This document shows, in pieces, positions 39,047-49,481 of a DNA stretch of 64,000 bases; the first letter of the stretch is position 1; each line of letters begins with the position of its first letter. Both the position numbers and the translations under genes were made by a program. The notes beneath the pieces were generated by a model, which searched no databases, had not been told where the DNA came from, and worked only from the letters and a program-made list of their open reading frames with translations. The stretch is from positions 1-64,000 of IMG/VR virus record IMGVR_UViG_3300044259_000056; one strand, given 5' to 3'. Origin of the DNA: a virus (lineage: Duplodnaviria > Caudoviricetes).

Positions 39047-40711
39047 TTAATGGTTCTTCTTATACCATTTATAAAACATCTCTTCATCCTCTGTAATAAA
39101 TTCAGCAGTAACAGCCATTTTAGTGTGAGGATCATAGTCATCAGCCATCATGGTTTCAACATATTTTGGATCATGTGCTAACATAAAATGGTGTTTAGTC
39201 CTGTCTTCAAGTGAGGACATGTCAGAACCACATAATGTATAACCCTTTTCTGAAATAAATGACCCACGAATTTCTTCCCCACCTATTTTATCAACACCAA
39301 CAAGGTTTACAACATTTCGATGTTTTACCCTTAAGGTGTTGGTTAACCCACCAATAGAAGCTTTAATTCTACCTTTATCATCCATATCCCTTAGTAAGCC
39401 TTTAATCACACCTAGGCGATGTTTATAAAGGTTTAAGTTAGAATAGAGGGCAATCTCTGGAACATCTTCAGCAAGCTTTTCTACACTCTGACAGAGGACT
39501 TTGCCGTCTTCTCCACTTATAGTAACTTGTGGGACTTGTCTGGCAATTGGCCTTTCAGGTTTTGTTCCCCTTCTGCACCCAAGTGCCTTCCATCTTTTCA
39601 TGTCATCTTGCCAAGCTTGTTCAGCCTCTTTATCTTTTACCTCTTTAAAAGTCTCAGGAATCCAACCATGTGAATATAAGAAATTTTTTATTTGTTCTGG
39701 TGAGTTTGCATTTGGGTCTTCATAGTTAGTCAGAACTAAAAACTCTTCAATTTCGTCAACCTCACGACAGCGCATTTCACCATTAATCTCAACTAGAGGT
39801 TCACTCTTTCCTAGTAAAACTCTGGCTGTTCCAACATCATCTTTTGTTGATGACTGATATTGTTGTTTAAGTAGCTCCCAAGTTTTACCAGCTTCTGTAT
39901 ACTCACCATTTTGTTTAAAATACTTTTTAGGTTTAGTCTTCTTAGAGTATTTTGGTATTTTTGGCATAACAGATTCTAATTTATCTTTTAATTCTTTAAC
40001 TTTATCAGCAAAAAATTTCTCACTGTTATCTAAATGTTCTTTATCCAAAAGGATACCAATATCTTCCTGAATTCTATATGTATCTAACTTAAACATTAAG
40101 AAAGATAAAAATCTTTCAATATGTTGGTCTACAGACAAACCTTTTAAAGAGTCTATATAGAGTTCTTCATTTGGGCTAATTCTTTTTCCACCAACTAATC
40201 CAGCATCTATTGCTTCCTTAGATTGGGTGTACATTAAGGTAAGTCTATTCTTGAAGTCTTCCCAAAGAGCTTTATTTATCTTTACATCTTCTTGACAACG
40301 ATGTTTATATTCTTCATAGGAAAGATTTTTCCAGTCCTCCACCTTTGGTTTTTCAATACCATAATCTTCATGAAAAGAGTCTAAACCATGTTGACTTCTT
40401 GTTGTATTAAGGTACCAACTTAAAGCTAATGTATCTATCACCATTAAGTTTGACAAATTCATAGAAGTTATTTTTTCTAAGGCCGGAACATCAAACAGAA
40501 TAAAATTATGACCAACAATAGGGATTTCATTCTCTATGTGCCAACTTAACATATTTTTTATTCTTTCAATATCCGCACCATCAATAGAGGAAGGGGAAGA
40601 TTTCCCTTCCATTTGAAAACTCACAACATGGCATTTTGTCAGTTCATTTAGGAGGCCGTCTGTTTCAATATCTGAGACAGTCCCCTTCCTCCAATTTTTT
40701 ATTAACTTCAT
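39047..40711 (-). CDS. Family A (T7-like) DNA polymerase, N-terminal part (3'-5' exonuclease to motif A)
   Basis: SDIETDG, GHNFILFD, CQEDV, GSDMSSLEDR. Confidence 0.92.
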   Translation of the reverse strand: MKLIKNWRKGTVSDIETDGLLNELTKCHVVSFQMEGKSSPSSIDGADIERIKNMLSWHIENEIPIVGHNFILFDVPALEKITSMNLSNLMVIDTLALSWYLNTTRSQHGLDSFHEDYGIEKPKVEDWKNLSYEEYKHRCQEDVKINKALWEDFKNRLTLMYTQSKEAIDAGLVGGKRISPNEELYIDSLKGLSVDQHIERFLSFLMFKLDTYRIQEDIGILLDKEHLDNSEKFFADKVKELKDKLESVMPKIPKYSKKTKPKKYFKQNGEYTEAGKTWELLKQQYQSSTKDDVGTARVLLGKSEPLVEINGEMRCREVDEIEEFLVLTNYEDPNANSPEQIKNFLYSHGWIPETFKEVKDKEAEQAWQDDMKRWKALGCRRGTKPERPIARQVPQVTISGEDGKVLCQSVEKLAEDVPEIALYSNLNLYKHRLGVIKGLLRDMDDKGRIKASIGGLTNTLRVKHRNVVNLVGVDKIGGEEIRGSFISEKGYTLCGSDMSSLEDRTKHHFMLAHDPKYVETMMADDYDPHTKMAVTAEFITEDEEMFYKWYKKNH

Positions 40712-40741
40712 TTGTCCTCCTTAAAGGTGCAACCACAGTAT

Positions 40742-43474
40742 TTAATTAGGCTGTGGTTTTCCTGAAAAGTAATCATCTAAATCATGACATTTAGCTTTAT
40801 CAAACTCATAATACCACTTACCCGCAGGGCCAGTCTTACCACCACGACATTTTGGCAAATCAACTTCAGTTGTGTTCTTCTCAATCAGGTCATCAGAAAG
40901 TTTATCCCGGTTAAGAACAATGTTGTAAGCAGCAGATTGAACAAAACTCCCTGTGCCTAGGGTATCATACTCAGTAACTTTACGGGGCTTACCTTCAGCG
41001 TTCTGAGGTGGTTTACGGGTATGTTGTACATTTACTGTTGTCACACCATTTTTAGCCATATTTCTTTGAAAATTCATATGGTCTTCCGCATGTTCTTCAC
41101 TGCTGCCACGCAATAAATCAGATAATACATCAATAACAAAGAGGCGGCTATCATGTTTTCTAAACAACATTTCCAACTCTTTTTCTAGATCTTTGATATT
41201 ACCAGATCGTTCATCAAGAATATAAAATCTTGGTTGCCCATTCTCTTTATAACATAAACTCTGTTTAATTCTTTGTCCTTCTTCTGTCTTGAGGAAATCT
41301 TTAATTTCTTCACTAGACATTTTCCATAGCATATTCATTTCAAGATGGATAGATAACATCTCTAACATATATTGAGCAGCAGTTGCTTCAAGGCTAACAA
41401 TAGTAGGAGTAACAGGACTGTTAAATATCCAATGATAAACCATTCTATTCACATGTGTACTTTTGCCACAAGAAGTGTCAGCAATAATATTTAGGATTCT
41501 GCCTTGGATAATTCCACCACCCATCATATCTTGCATTTTATGCATATAAGCCGGTAATGTGATACGGGGTTTAGAGAGTTCTTCCTCAATCTCATCAAAA
41601 CCATCAGCAGCACTTTTCACACCTTCTGGAACATAAGGCTTTGCTGCCCAGAAATCATTTATAAATTCTTGCTCTTTATGCAATAATTTCTTTGTGTCAT
41701 TATCATAGATATATGCATTTGGGTCTTTATAGCGCATTTTCATGACAAAAACTTTTCCTTTCGGAAGAACTTCATAAATCTTTTCAGCAGCCTCACGTCC
41801 TGCTGCATCACTATCCATTGCAACTACAATTTTTTTAAATTGATTAATAAAATCATAGTTATTTTGAAGCTGTTTGTATACAGAAGTCTCCCCTGTTGTC
41901 CCACTCACAACAGCAATAGGGTCATAGTTTTTGTTTCTCTGTGCATCAGAAAGCATTTGATATGCTGCTAGTTGATCTGAGTTACCACAAACTACAACCT
42001 TATTATTACGACGAACTAGTAGTTGTCCGTTGGGAACGGTAGCGCAATAAACAAACCCTGAATAATTTTCTGTTGTTATCTCTACACTCTGAAATGAGGC
42101 TGTTTTCTTTGCAAAGGAGATTTTTACTGCGTACCATTCACCTAGGTCATTATTTCTTTTTCTAACAGAAGCATGGTATCCACTGAGAACAGCAATAGAT
42201 TGCACTAGGTCTGCTTCATTTTTAAGTTTAGAGTTGAACTCAATACTGTTGCGATCTTTTACTAAATTTCCATCCCAATGAACAATCTCTTTCAAAAAGA
42301 GGTCTCTTTGCCTAGAATTAAAATCTTTTAACCAAGAATCTGGCAATCCTTTTTTAGTACACCAAGGTTCTAAAGTTACATTGAAAGTATGATAAGAACC
42401 TTTAATCCAGTGTTGGTGGTCTTCCTTACTGTATTCAGTGTAATTCATTTTTAAATCATCTAAAATATTTTTTAGACGTTTAATTTTTCTTTCTTTTTTG
42501 AAAGAAAAATGTGCAACTGCTTTACCACTCACCTTATAATCTACTTTAGCATCAGCAGAGAGTGCAATAATAAACTTAATCTGGTCATCTGTTAAATTAG
42601 AGCCTGCAAAAGTATCCTCAAGTTCTGTTGTTTTCCTGAATAGATTAGCTTTAGAAGTTCCTTCTCCCGCATTGAAGTAAAAATCTTTATTAGTTTTTGG
42701 TCTTACTCCTACCATCTTATGATTTGGTGTTACTAACAAAGAGATTTGATTACTCTTAAAACTAACCAGATCACCAGAATATTCTTTTTTAATAAGACGG
42801 CTAGGTTTCACCCAAGAGGATTTACCCTCTTTCACTTGAAGCACTAAGGTTTTATTATCTAACTCTGAAAATAATTTAAAACCTTCTTGCGTCATCACCT
42901 CTGTTTGATCATCATAACATTCCCCACCAACTAGTAACAAAGTGTTGGTGAAAGTTTTAAATCGAAATTGACCAAATAAATCACAATCTTTGCCAGTCTC
43001 TCCAATTGGGCCGGGGCTTTTAAAATTCTTTGGATGTGTTCGCTGCTTATAGCCTGAAATCTCATAATTCTTAGTTGTTGGATAAAGAGTCCCACAGACT
43101 TCTCCGTCTGTTTCATTATACTTATATCTTACACCAAAAAACTTGGAAATTTCTTGTTTAATCCCACGATAACCTTTTGGGTCAAGTCCCGTTTGTTCCT
43201 TTAATTTCTTATGCACCTCTTCATTAAATTCTGAACCCACAATTTCCTCTTCTTCAAAATCTTTATTGTTATCAATAATCCATTGTTCGTCAGGATAGGT
43301 ATAACCACAGGAGAAACAATATGCTCCTTTATGCAAACCATCTGAATCTAAACCATAGACCATGAGATTATCATTGTTTTGGTCAAGACCTTTTGACTGG
43401 CATTTAGGGCAACCAATATGCCCTTCTACTGATAGGTCTACCATAGTCCCAAAAAGATTCTTTGTCTTACCCAA
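40742..43474 (-). CDS. T7 gp4-like primase-helicase with intein (597 aa mature)
   Basis: Zn finger CPKC..CFSC, TOPRIM GGE|SD and MDSDAAG, helicase ADTSCGKST and RGGKTG. Confidence 0.92.
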   Translation of the reverse strand: MGKTKNLFGTMVDLSVEGHIGCPKCQSKGLDQNNDNLMVYGLDSDGLHKGAYCFSCGYTYPDEQWIIDNNKDFEEEEIVGSEFNEEVHKKLKEQTGLDPKGYRGIKQEISKFFGVRYKYNETDGEVCGTLYPTTKNYEISGYKQRTHPKNFKSPGPIGETGKDCDLFGQFRFKTFTNTLLLVGGECYDDQTEVMTQEGFKLFSELDNKTLVLQVKEGKSSWVKPSRLIKKEYSGDLVSFKSNQISLLVTPNHKMVGVRPKTNKDFYFNAGEGTSKANLFRKTTELEDTFAGSNLTDDQIKFIIALSADAKVDYKVSGKAVAHFSFKKERKIKRLKNILDDLKMNYTEYSKEDHQHWIKGSYHTFNVTLEPWCTKKGLPDSWLKDFNSRQRDLFLKEIVHWDGNLVKDRNSIEFNSKLKNEADLVQSIAVLSGYHASVRKRNNDLGEWYAVKISFAKKTASFQSVEITTENYSGFVYCATVPNGQLLVRRNNKVVVCGNSDQLAAYQMLSDAQRNKNYDPIAVVSGTTGETSVYKQLQNNYDFINQFKKIVVAMDSDAAGREAAEKIYEVLPKGKVFVMKMRYKDPNAYIYDNDTKKLLHKEQEFINDFWAAKPYVPEGVKSAADGFDEIEEELSKPRITLPAYMHKMQDMMGGGIIQGRILNIIADTSCGKSTHVNRMVYHWIFNSPVTPTIVSLEATAAQYMLEMLSIHLEMNMLWKMSSEEIKDFLKTEEGQRIKQSLCYKENGQPRFYILDERSGNIKDLEKELEMLFRKHDSRLFVIDVLSDLLRGSSEEHAEDHMNFQRNMAKNGVTTVNVQHTRKPPQNAEGKPRKVTEYDTLGTGSFVQSAAYNIVLNRDKLSDDLIEKNTTEVDLPKCRGGKTGPAGKWYYEFDKAKCHDLDDYFSGKPQPN
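41981..42919 (-). mobile_element. LAGLIDADG intein in primase TOPRIM motif (313 aa)
   Basis: Starts CYDDQTEVMTQEGF; IALSADA and IVHWDG blocks; ends VVVCGN; +1 residue is Ser. Confidence 0.92.
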
Positions 43475-43482
43475 ACAACCTC

Positions 43483-43992
43483 CTAATCCTTAAGTTTATA
43501 CAAAAAGTTCACATCAATATTTTGTAGAGTAGAAACCATACATTTATTAGATTTATTATACTGCAATCCTACTTTAGATAGAATTTTAGTGTCATGAGCA
43601 AAGTCTAGATCCCACTTATAGAATCTTAAAGGTAAAATACTTACTGATTCACATATCTTAAGATACATGCTGTATTTAGGACTAAAGTAAATATTGTTAT
43701 TGTGAAGTGCTACAGCATCTTCTAGCGAGACTTCCCTCGTTGTGCCAAGAATGTTATCATAAGGGTATTTTAAGACAAACCCATGTGCACACAAGGAAGA
43801 GAGTTCATTCACGTAGTAAGGTATGTATCCTAATTCTAGCATGAATCGTTTAAGAGATTCAACCTCAATCTGTAATGACTTAATTGAACCATGTTTTTCT
43901 TGCTCAAGCAAGACTTGCTTGGCAATATCATGATTTGTCATCTCAACAATCAAGTCATTCTCAATATTAAATTGCAAATCTTGTTTCAACAT
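43483..43992 (-). CDS. Hypothetical protein
   Basis: 169 aa ORF with SD GGAG. Confidence 0.7.
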   Translation of the reverse strand: MLKQDLQFNIENDLIVEMTNHDIAKQVLLEQEKHGSIKSLQIEVESLKRFMLELGYIPYYVNELSSLCAHGFVLKYPYDNILGTTREVSLEDAVALHNNNIYFSPKYSMYLKICESVSILPLRFYKWDLDFAHDTKILSKVGLQYNKSNKCMVSTLQNIDVNFLYKLKD

Positions 43993-44276
43993 TTAATCTC
44001 CAAATTATTTATGAAATGTTTTTAAATTAATTATAACAAAATTCATTCTCGAGATACCAAGAATCGTGCTAATTAAAAATTTTCTTAAGTTTCTTGGTGG
44101 TTTGTCATTTACTAAATAAGGCAGTACCATCAAGAAGAAATTCAACTGAATGTTTACCAAGTTCTTTACTCATTTTAGAGTGAACATACTCTTGCGTCCT
44201 ATAAGCATTTGTTCCTTTGCATCCTAACTCTTTAGAAAACTTAATTACTTCAAACACCGCTGTTTTCATTTTAACC

Positions 44277-44654
44277 TCAAACAATATAAGGATAGAATAA
44301 TACTGGTAAACTACTTAGACCTTTCTCCTTTAGTTGCATTGCTAGCTCATTAGCAAAAGACTTCTCAAGTCCCTGATTATAGTGTGCAGCTTGAATAGGT
44401 CTTCTTTTTGGAATATTCCACTTCACAATATAACCTGTTCCATAAATATTTACTGGGTCATCAATTAATTTCAACTCTTTAAATATATTTTTAAGCTTTC
44501 TATGACGTCCAAAGTAAATAATTGTCCAAGCATTACCAATATATCCTTCATCAGGTTGATTGTAAGTATCGTTAAATAGTTTGGCAGCAGTTTTTGCTGC
44601 TTCATAAGCATCTTTGATATCAGATGTAAGTTTAGTGTTCATTGATTTAGACAT
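44277..44654 (-). CDS. Hypothetical protein
   Basis: 125 aa ORF in operon context. Confidence 0.7.
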   Translation of the reverse strand: MSKSMNTKLTSDIKDAYEAAKTAAKLFNDTYNQPDEGYIGNAWTIIYFGRHRKLKNIFKELKLIDDPVNIYGTGYIVKWNIPKRRPIQAAHYNQGLEKSFANELAMQLKEKGLSSLPVLFYPYIV

Positions 44655-44666
44655 AAAGTTAATTCC

Positions 44667-45053
44667 TTACAATAATGCTCTTTTAAGAAACTTACCATAA
44701 CCAAGACTTTCTTCTGAATTTGATTCTGTAAGTGAAAAAGTGTCATGACCTTTCTCAACAAGCAATTTCAAAAAGAAAAATTGTGAATCTTGCCGATAAA
44801 CACGCTTATCTGGTGTTGTGGAGGAAATAGAAACAGATTCTCCTACTGTATAATAAACTGTATAATCGTTATAATCATAGATATGGATGTGAATCTCTCC
44901 ATCTTTTGCATAACAGTGGAATGTGTTTCTTTCACAAGTATATCCGTAGACTAATGTCCCTTCATATCCTTCTGGAAGTTCATGGTAAGATATTGAATTA
45001 CCTTTAAATCTAATATCTTGAAGTTCTTTATATTCTTGTTCTGTCATGGTCAT
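44667..45053 (-). CDS. Hypothetical protein
   Basis: 128 aa ORF. Confidence 0.7.
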   Translation of the reverse strand: MTMTEQEYKELQDIRFKGNSISYHELPEGYEGTLVYGYTCERNTFHCYAKDGEIHIHIYDYNDYTVYYTVGESVSISSTTPDKRVYRQDSQFFFLKLLVEKGHDTFSLTESNSEESLGYGKFLKRALL

Positions 45054-45307
45054 TCCTCCCTTACAGTTATACCCGCATCTTGAAGCCTCTCATTCACTTC
45101 GTAGAGGACTTGTTTTGTCGTGTCATAATTGCTCCATGAAGGCAACTCAATAACCAATGATGCCCGTCCTGATAGCCACCCTATCCACGCTCCTTGCACC
45201 CAGACATCAAGAAACACTTCATCGCCCTCATCATCAATGGTTGTCTCTCTGTTCCATGTAGGATTTAGCCAATTCAAAAACTCATTTCGCATCCGTTCTG
45301 TATTCAT
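45050..45307 (-). CDS. Hypothetical protein (GC-richer; temperate-phage-like small protein)
   Basis: WVQGAWIGWLSGRASLVIELP pattern. Confidence 0.65.
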   Translation of the reverse strand: MNTERMRNEFLNWLNPTWNRETTIDDEGDEVFLDVWVQGAWIGWLSGRASLVIELPSWSNYDTTKQVLYEVNERLQDAGITVREE

Positions 45308-45310
45308 AAT

Positions 45311-45652
45311 TTAGACCTTAATTTTAACCTGATTTTCTTTTAGGAATAACATAGCATAAGTATCGCAGTCATCAACCACAGAAGCTAAGAGGAAATCACT
45401 ATCCTCATAGATTATTCTATATAGTTTCGCAGTATATGTCTCACCATCACCGTTAAATAAGTCAGTTTGATTATTCTGCAAATTGTAAGAAATATCATAC
45501 TTATGGTCAGACCAAATATTTTCACACAGTATAAAGTCTAGACCAAATTCTTGATTAAGTCCGTTAAATTTTTTGTGCATCTTAACAGCAATCTTTAAAG
45601 CTTCATTAGGTGTAACTTTACGAGGTATATTCATTTTTAACCTCCTCTTCAA
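45311..45652 (-). CDS. Hypothetical protein
   Basis: 113 aa ORF; likely start MNIPRK. Confidence 0.65.
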   Translation of the reverse strand: MKRRLKMNIPRKVTPNEALKIAVKMHKKFNGLNQEFGLDFILCENIWSDHKYDISYNLQNNQTDLFNGDGETYTAKLYRIIYEDSDFLLASVVDDCDTYAMLFLKENQVKIKV

Positions 45653-46061
45653 TACGTTGATTAATAATATCTTTTACAAGATGAAATCCAAATTTTATAA
45701 AAAGACAACAAAAGAAATAAGCAATCCCTGTAATAATTAAACCATTATAAGCTGACAGCAGAGTTACTACCACTACTTTAACCCAATTAATAACACTATG
45801 AATATATGACTTATTATCCAAATTAAAATTTTCTTTAACTCTATTCAGTGAATCCCTATCAATAGAGACAGAACCAATAAGTGCAAACATTACAACTCCA
45901 AGCCCAAGTAAAGCTATTACCCACAACATTACTAAAGAGATCTTCAACAATTCACTTAAATTAGGATAAATGAGCGGTAATACCAGAGTTGCAAGAGTTG
46001 TCGTATAATAAATATGACCTAAAATGGGATTCAACTTTTTATTCATGTTTATTCTCCTCAA
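45618..46061 (-). CDS. Membrane protein
   Basis: 3-4 hydrophobic segments. Confidence 0.7.
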   Translation of the reverse strand: MRRINMNKKLNPILGHIYYTTTLATLVLPLIYPNLSELLKISLVMLWVIALLGLGVVMFALIGSVSIDRDSLNRVKENFNLDNKSYIHSVINWVKVVVVTLLSAYNGLIITGIAYFFCCLFIKFGFHLVKDIINQRIEEEVKNEYTS

Positions 46062-46440
46062 TTTGTTGCTTAAATATAGTCAATTGTTTATTTGCATCTT
46101 CTTCTGTTTCATAATATGCAAGAATAACACCTTCATCATAATCTTTTGCAAAAATTGCATACCGACACAAATCTCCATAGAAAGGAAGTGCATGAAGACT
46201 GCCTTCAAAATCTTCTATTACAACCTCTAATTCTGTATAATCTGCATCTTTACCCATTGGTAGCATATTGTTCCCATATCTACGTAAAGGAAAGACATCA
46301 TCTTCACAAGACAAACGAATAGCTTGGCCTTCAATAATACTTAAGCATGTCTTAAGTTCAGGACAGAAGCCATATCGGCGGACAAAACTACCTAGTTTGT
46401 AAATGAGATGACAGTCTAAATTGATTTTTAATTCATCCAT
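46039..46440 (-). CDS. Hypothetical protein
   Basis: 133 aa ORF downstream of rIIB. Confidence 0.65.
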   Translation of the reverse strand: MDELKINLDCHLIYKLGSFVRRYGFCPELKTCLSIIEGQAIRLSCEDDVFPLRRYGNNMLPMGKDADYTELEVVIEDFEGSLHALPFYGDLCRYAIFAKDYDEGVILAYYETEEDANKQLTIFKQQIEENKHE

Positions 46441-46442
46441 AA

Positions 46443-47501
46443 TTAATTCTCAATAATTTCTTTAGACAAGATTTTACCCATTTTGCCAACTGTAACTTTA
46501 ATATTGAGTTGACCATAAATTTCTTTAGGTGCATCAATACTTCCAGATTTAATTTTATATTCACAGCAACGACATTTCATATCATCGTGATCTTTTGGAA
46601 TAGAAACTAAATCCTTTGGATTTAAGACAACTTTCATAATATTCTGCTCACCTTTTACATAACCATAAGAGGCAACATGAAGGCCATCTGAACATGTTTG
46701 TGTTGGGTCTTCTGTTACTAGTTCTCGTGGCATAGCAATAGTCCAGTTGTTATATTGTGGGATATTTTCAGTATAACTGTCAACAGGAACACCATCTTTA
46801 TAAGAAAAATACTTCCAAGCTTCAATATCACCATCTTCTGTAATTTCTAAATCATTGTGTGTGAGAAAATCATAAGTCATCTCAATAGCATCTTTAGAAG
46901 GATTTTGATGAAGTTTTCTAAAGAAATTAATGAACTTAATTACTTTGCCACCTTTCTTCTGAGACTCTTCAATAATCCTCTCTGTCAGACTGCTTCGAAT
47001 TTCTTCACCATTATAATAAAGAATGCCATTAGCTATGGTGATATCTGTTCCAAAAGTTAAAGATTTAACAGCATTTGAAACTTCAACCCACTTCATCATT
47101 TCTTCAAAATCACCTTTAATAGCAAGGTCAGCAACTTTACTAAACTCTTCCTTGTTATTAGGAACAACATGTTGTCGTCCATCACTCAGACAGATAAGCA
47201 CTTGGTCTTTTGTGATAGTATATTTTGTTTTGCTATAGTCAATATCAGTTGTGATTTTCTTGTTAACTGCATATGTAAAATCTTTTGAAAACATATCAAC
47301 AAAATATTTATTTGTTGTAAAGAGAATCCAGTTTTTAGTGTTAGGTGATGAGACATTAGCACCATATTTCCAACTCACTTCAATATAATTTTTCTTAAAA
47401 GCCCTTGCTGCTTGTCTTGTTTCAAAACAGAAATCCCATCCTGACTGTTCATTACCAACCAAGACAATTTTACCATAATAATTACTGTTATAGACTTTCA
47501 T
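46443..47501 (-). CDS. rIIB: RIIB-like lysis-inhibition/anti-RexAB protein
   Basis: FFRKLHQNPS, FLTHNDLEITEDG, DPTQTCSDGLHV. Confidence 0.88.
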   Translation of the reverse strand: MKVYNSNYYGKIVLVGNEQSGWDFCFETRQAARAFKKNYIEVSWKYGANVSSPNTKNWILFTTNKYFVDMFSKDFTYAVNKKITTDIDYSKTKYTITKDQVLICLSDGRQHVVPNNKEEFSKVADLAIKGDFEEMMKWVEVSNAVKSLTFGTDITIANGILYYNGEEIRSSLTERIIEESQKKGGKVIKFINFFRKLHQNPSKDAIEMTYDFLTHNDLEITEDGDIEAWKYFSYKDGVPVDSYTENIPQYNNWTIAMPRELVTEDPTQTCSDGLHVASYGYVKGEQNIMKVVLNPKDLVSIPKDHDDMKCRCCEYKIKSGSIDAPKEIYGQLNIKVTVGKMGKILSKEIIEN

Positions 47502-49481
47502 TTAGACACTCTCCTGCTTGTTTAAGTGTTCAATATCCATAATATATTGCTTTACATGTTTGTTGTCAACAAGTTCTTCCAGAGATTTATTTACCAATGA
47601 AATCATTGGATACTTAGCCATGAATTTATTATATAGGTCATTATATTCATCCTTCAATGGGCTAACTTCTTTTTCAACCTTAGTGTTTAATTTAAAATAT
47701 GTCACAACACCTGAAGACAGATTCGTTACCTTGACACTGGGAGGCTTCTTAATCATCTTCTTTCTTCCATGACACCCCATAAGTTTATACAGGTAGTTAA
47801 TCTCCTCTACGTATTCATTATATTTTGAATTATACAGCAAATTGTAGTATACATTTTTGACAAAGCTATTATCTTTAGTCAAAGTTAATTTATTACCTTT
47901 ACACCATTTAGCTTGCTTTTCGCTTAGGATATAAAAATCTGTTACATTGAAAACATTCAACCAATCCTTATTATAACTGTTACGCTTAATAAGACTATAG
48001 CATGTCTTTATATAAGAATCTTGCTTACCTTCATAAACTAAAAAGTCACTAATTAACTCAATTTCTTGTTTTGATAACCATTTTGAATCTAAGATTCCTT
48101 CTGAATTAACATGATAAATTTTGTGACCTTTATTTCTTGTAATAACTCTTTTCTCTTTTGGTTGTTTTACCTCAAAATCTTTATCAATTTTTATGTCACT
48201 AGCATAAATAACAGCATCTGCTAGTGCTGGACATTGTAGATATTCCTCAACCTCTTCTGGCTGAACAATAACAAGAATATCATTAAACCCTTGAATTACC
48301 TCTTTTGCACGTAACTTACAGTCTTTAGCATTTGAGATAAAAATTTTAATATTAGAGGTTGTAAGAAGTTTTATCCTAGCTGAATGGACAGACTTACCAA
48401 TTGTCCTTATGCCAACAGAACACGAATTACGTTTAAAGTAGCCTTTTCTGCCAAATAGAAACCTGTCTACATCTAACTCTTTAATCTTCTCTGTTACTTC
48501 TCGGTAAACAACACTTTTAAGTTCTTGTGGAAGCCCACAAATTAATTGTGAGACCTCTTTAAGTGTCTTACATTCAACCAGTCTACTGTTAAGATCTTGA
48601 ACATAAGTATTAATTGCTTTTGTATAAAAACTTTTAAGATTTTCTTTAAAACCTCCATCTGATTCCCCTTCAATAGTTTTCTCTCTTCCGGGATTGATTT
48701 TACAACTGCCAATGGGAAGAGTAACTAATGCATAAACATCTTTACTATTGAGGTAATTAGACTGATAAATTACCCCTCCCATTAAAACCCCACAATCTCG
48801 TTGTGAAGAAACAAGTTCCACTTTTACATTATCTTCTTGATAAGTAAACAGGATATTAGGGTATTCAGACTTTAGATTCTCATCATTGATTTCAAAAGGG
48901 AAATCAAAGAATTTTAAAAAGTATTTTAGATTATTATTAAAACTCTTAATCAGTTCTGAATGAACAGAGAACTTAACTTCAGTGCCATTGCCTTCAGAAG
49001 TCTCAGACTCAAACATCACAGAAATATCAGGTAAACCACGATTCTTGTAAATATGGTAAGTTGTTTTCACACCATTAAAAACAGATGTTACCTGAAAAGC
49101 ATCTGTCAAAGCAAAAGGTGCTTTAGAACCAATACCAAACGCACCAATAGCTTGATTATTATTCCTTTTAGTAGATTCACCTAAACACATATAGAGTTTA
49201 GTAACAGTTTCTTTACTCATACCTAGACCACGGTCAGTAACACTAAAATAGGGTTCTAATAGTGTTGGAGCGTGAATAAGTATTGGCAGGTCTGTCTTTC
49301 CTGCTTCTACATGTGAATCTCTTGCATTACAGATAAGTTCGCGGGATGGAGCAAGAACTTTGTTTTCATAGATACCACTCATCATAAGGTCAAATGTTAC
49401 CTCATTCATAGCAATAGATGCTTGATAGGTTTCAGTGGTACCTGAAGTGATAGCTGGTGTTGCTTGGCTTGTAACAATCAT
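47502..49481 (-). CDS. rIIA: RIIA-like protein with GHKL ATPase domain
   Basis: IYENKVLAPSRELICNARDSH, DRGLGM, GAFGIGSKAPF; abuts rIIB. Confidence 0.9.
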   Translation of the reverse strand: MIVTSQATPAITSGTTETYQASIAMNEVTFDLMMSGIYENKVLAPSRELICNARDSHVEAGKTDLPILIHAPTLLEPYFSVTDRGLGMSKETVTKLYMCLGESTKRNNNQAIGAFGIGSKAPFALTDAFQVTSVFNGVKTTYHIYKNRGLPDISVMFESETSEGNGTEVKFSVHSELIKSFNNNLKYFLKFFDFPFEINDENLKSEYPNILFTYQEDNVKVELVSSQRDCGVLMGGVIYQSNYLNSKDVYALVTLPIGSCKINPGREKTIEGESDGGFKENLKSFYTKAINTYVQDLNSRLVECKTLKEVSQLICGLPQELKSVVYREVTEKIKELDVDRFLFGRKGYFKRNSCSVGIRTIGKSVHSARIKLLTTSNIKIFISNAKDCKLRAKEVIQGFNDILVIVQPEEVEEYLQCPALADAVIYASDIKIDKDFEVKQPKEKRVITRNKGHKIYHVNSEGILDSKWLSKQEIELISDFLVYEGKQDSYIKTCYSLIKRNSYNKDWLNVFNVTDFYILSEKQAKWCKGNKLTLTKDNSFVKNVYYNLLYNSKYNEYVEEINYLYKLMGCHGRKKMIKKPPSVKVTNLSSGVVTYFKLNTKVEKEVSPLKDEYNDLYNKFMAKYPMISLVNKSLEELVDNKHVKQYIMDIEHLNKQESV

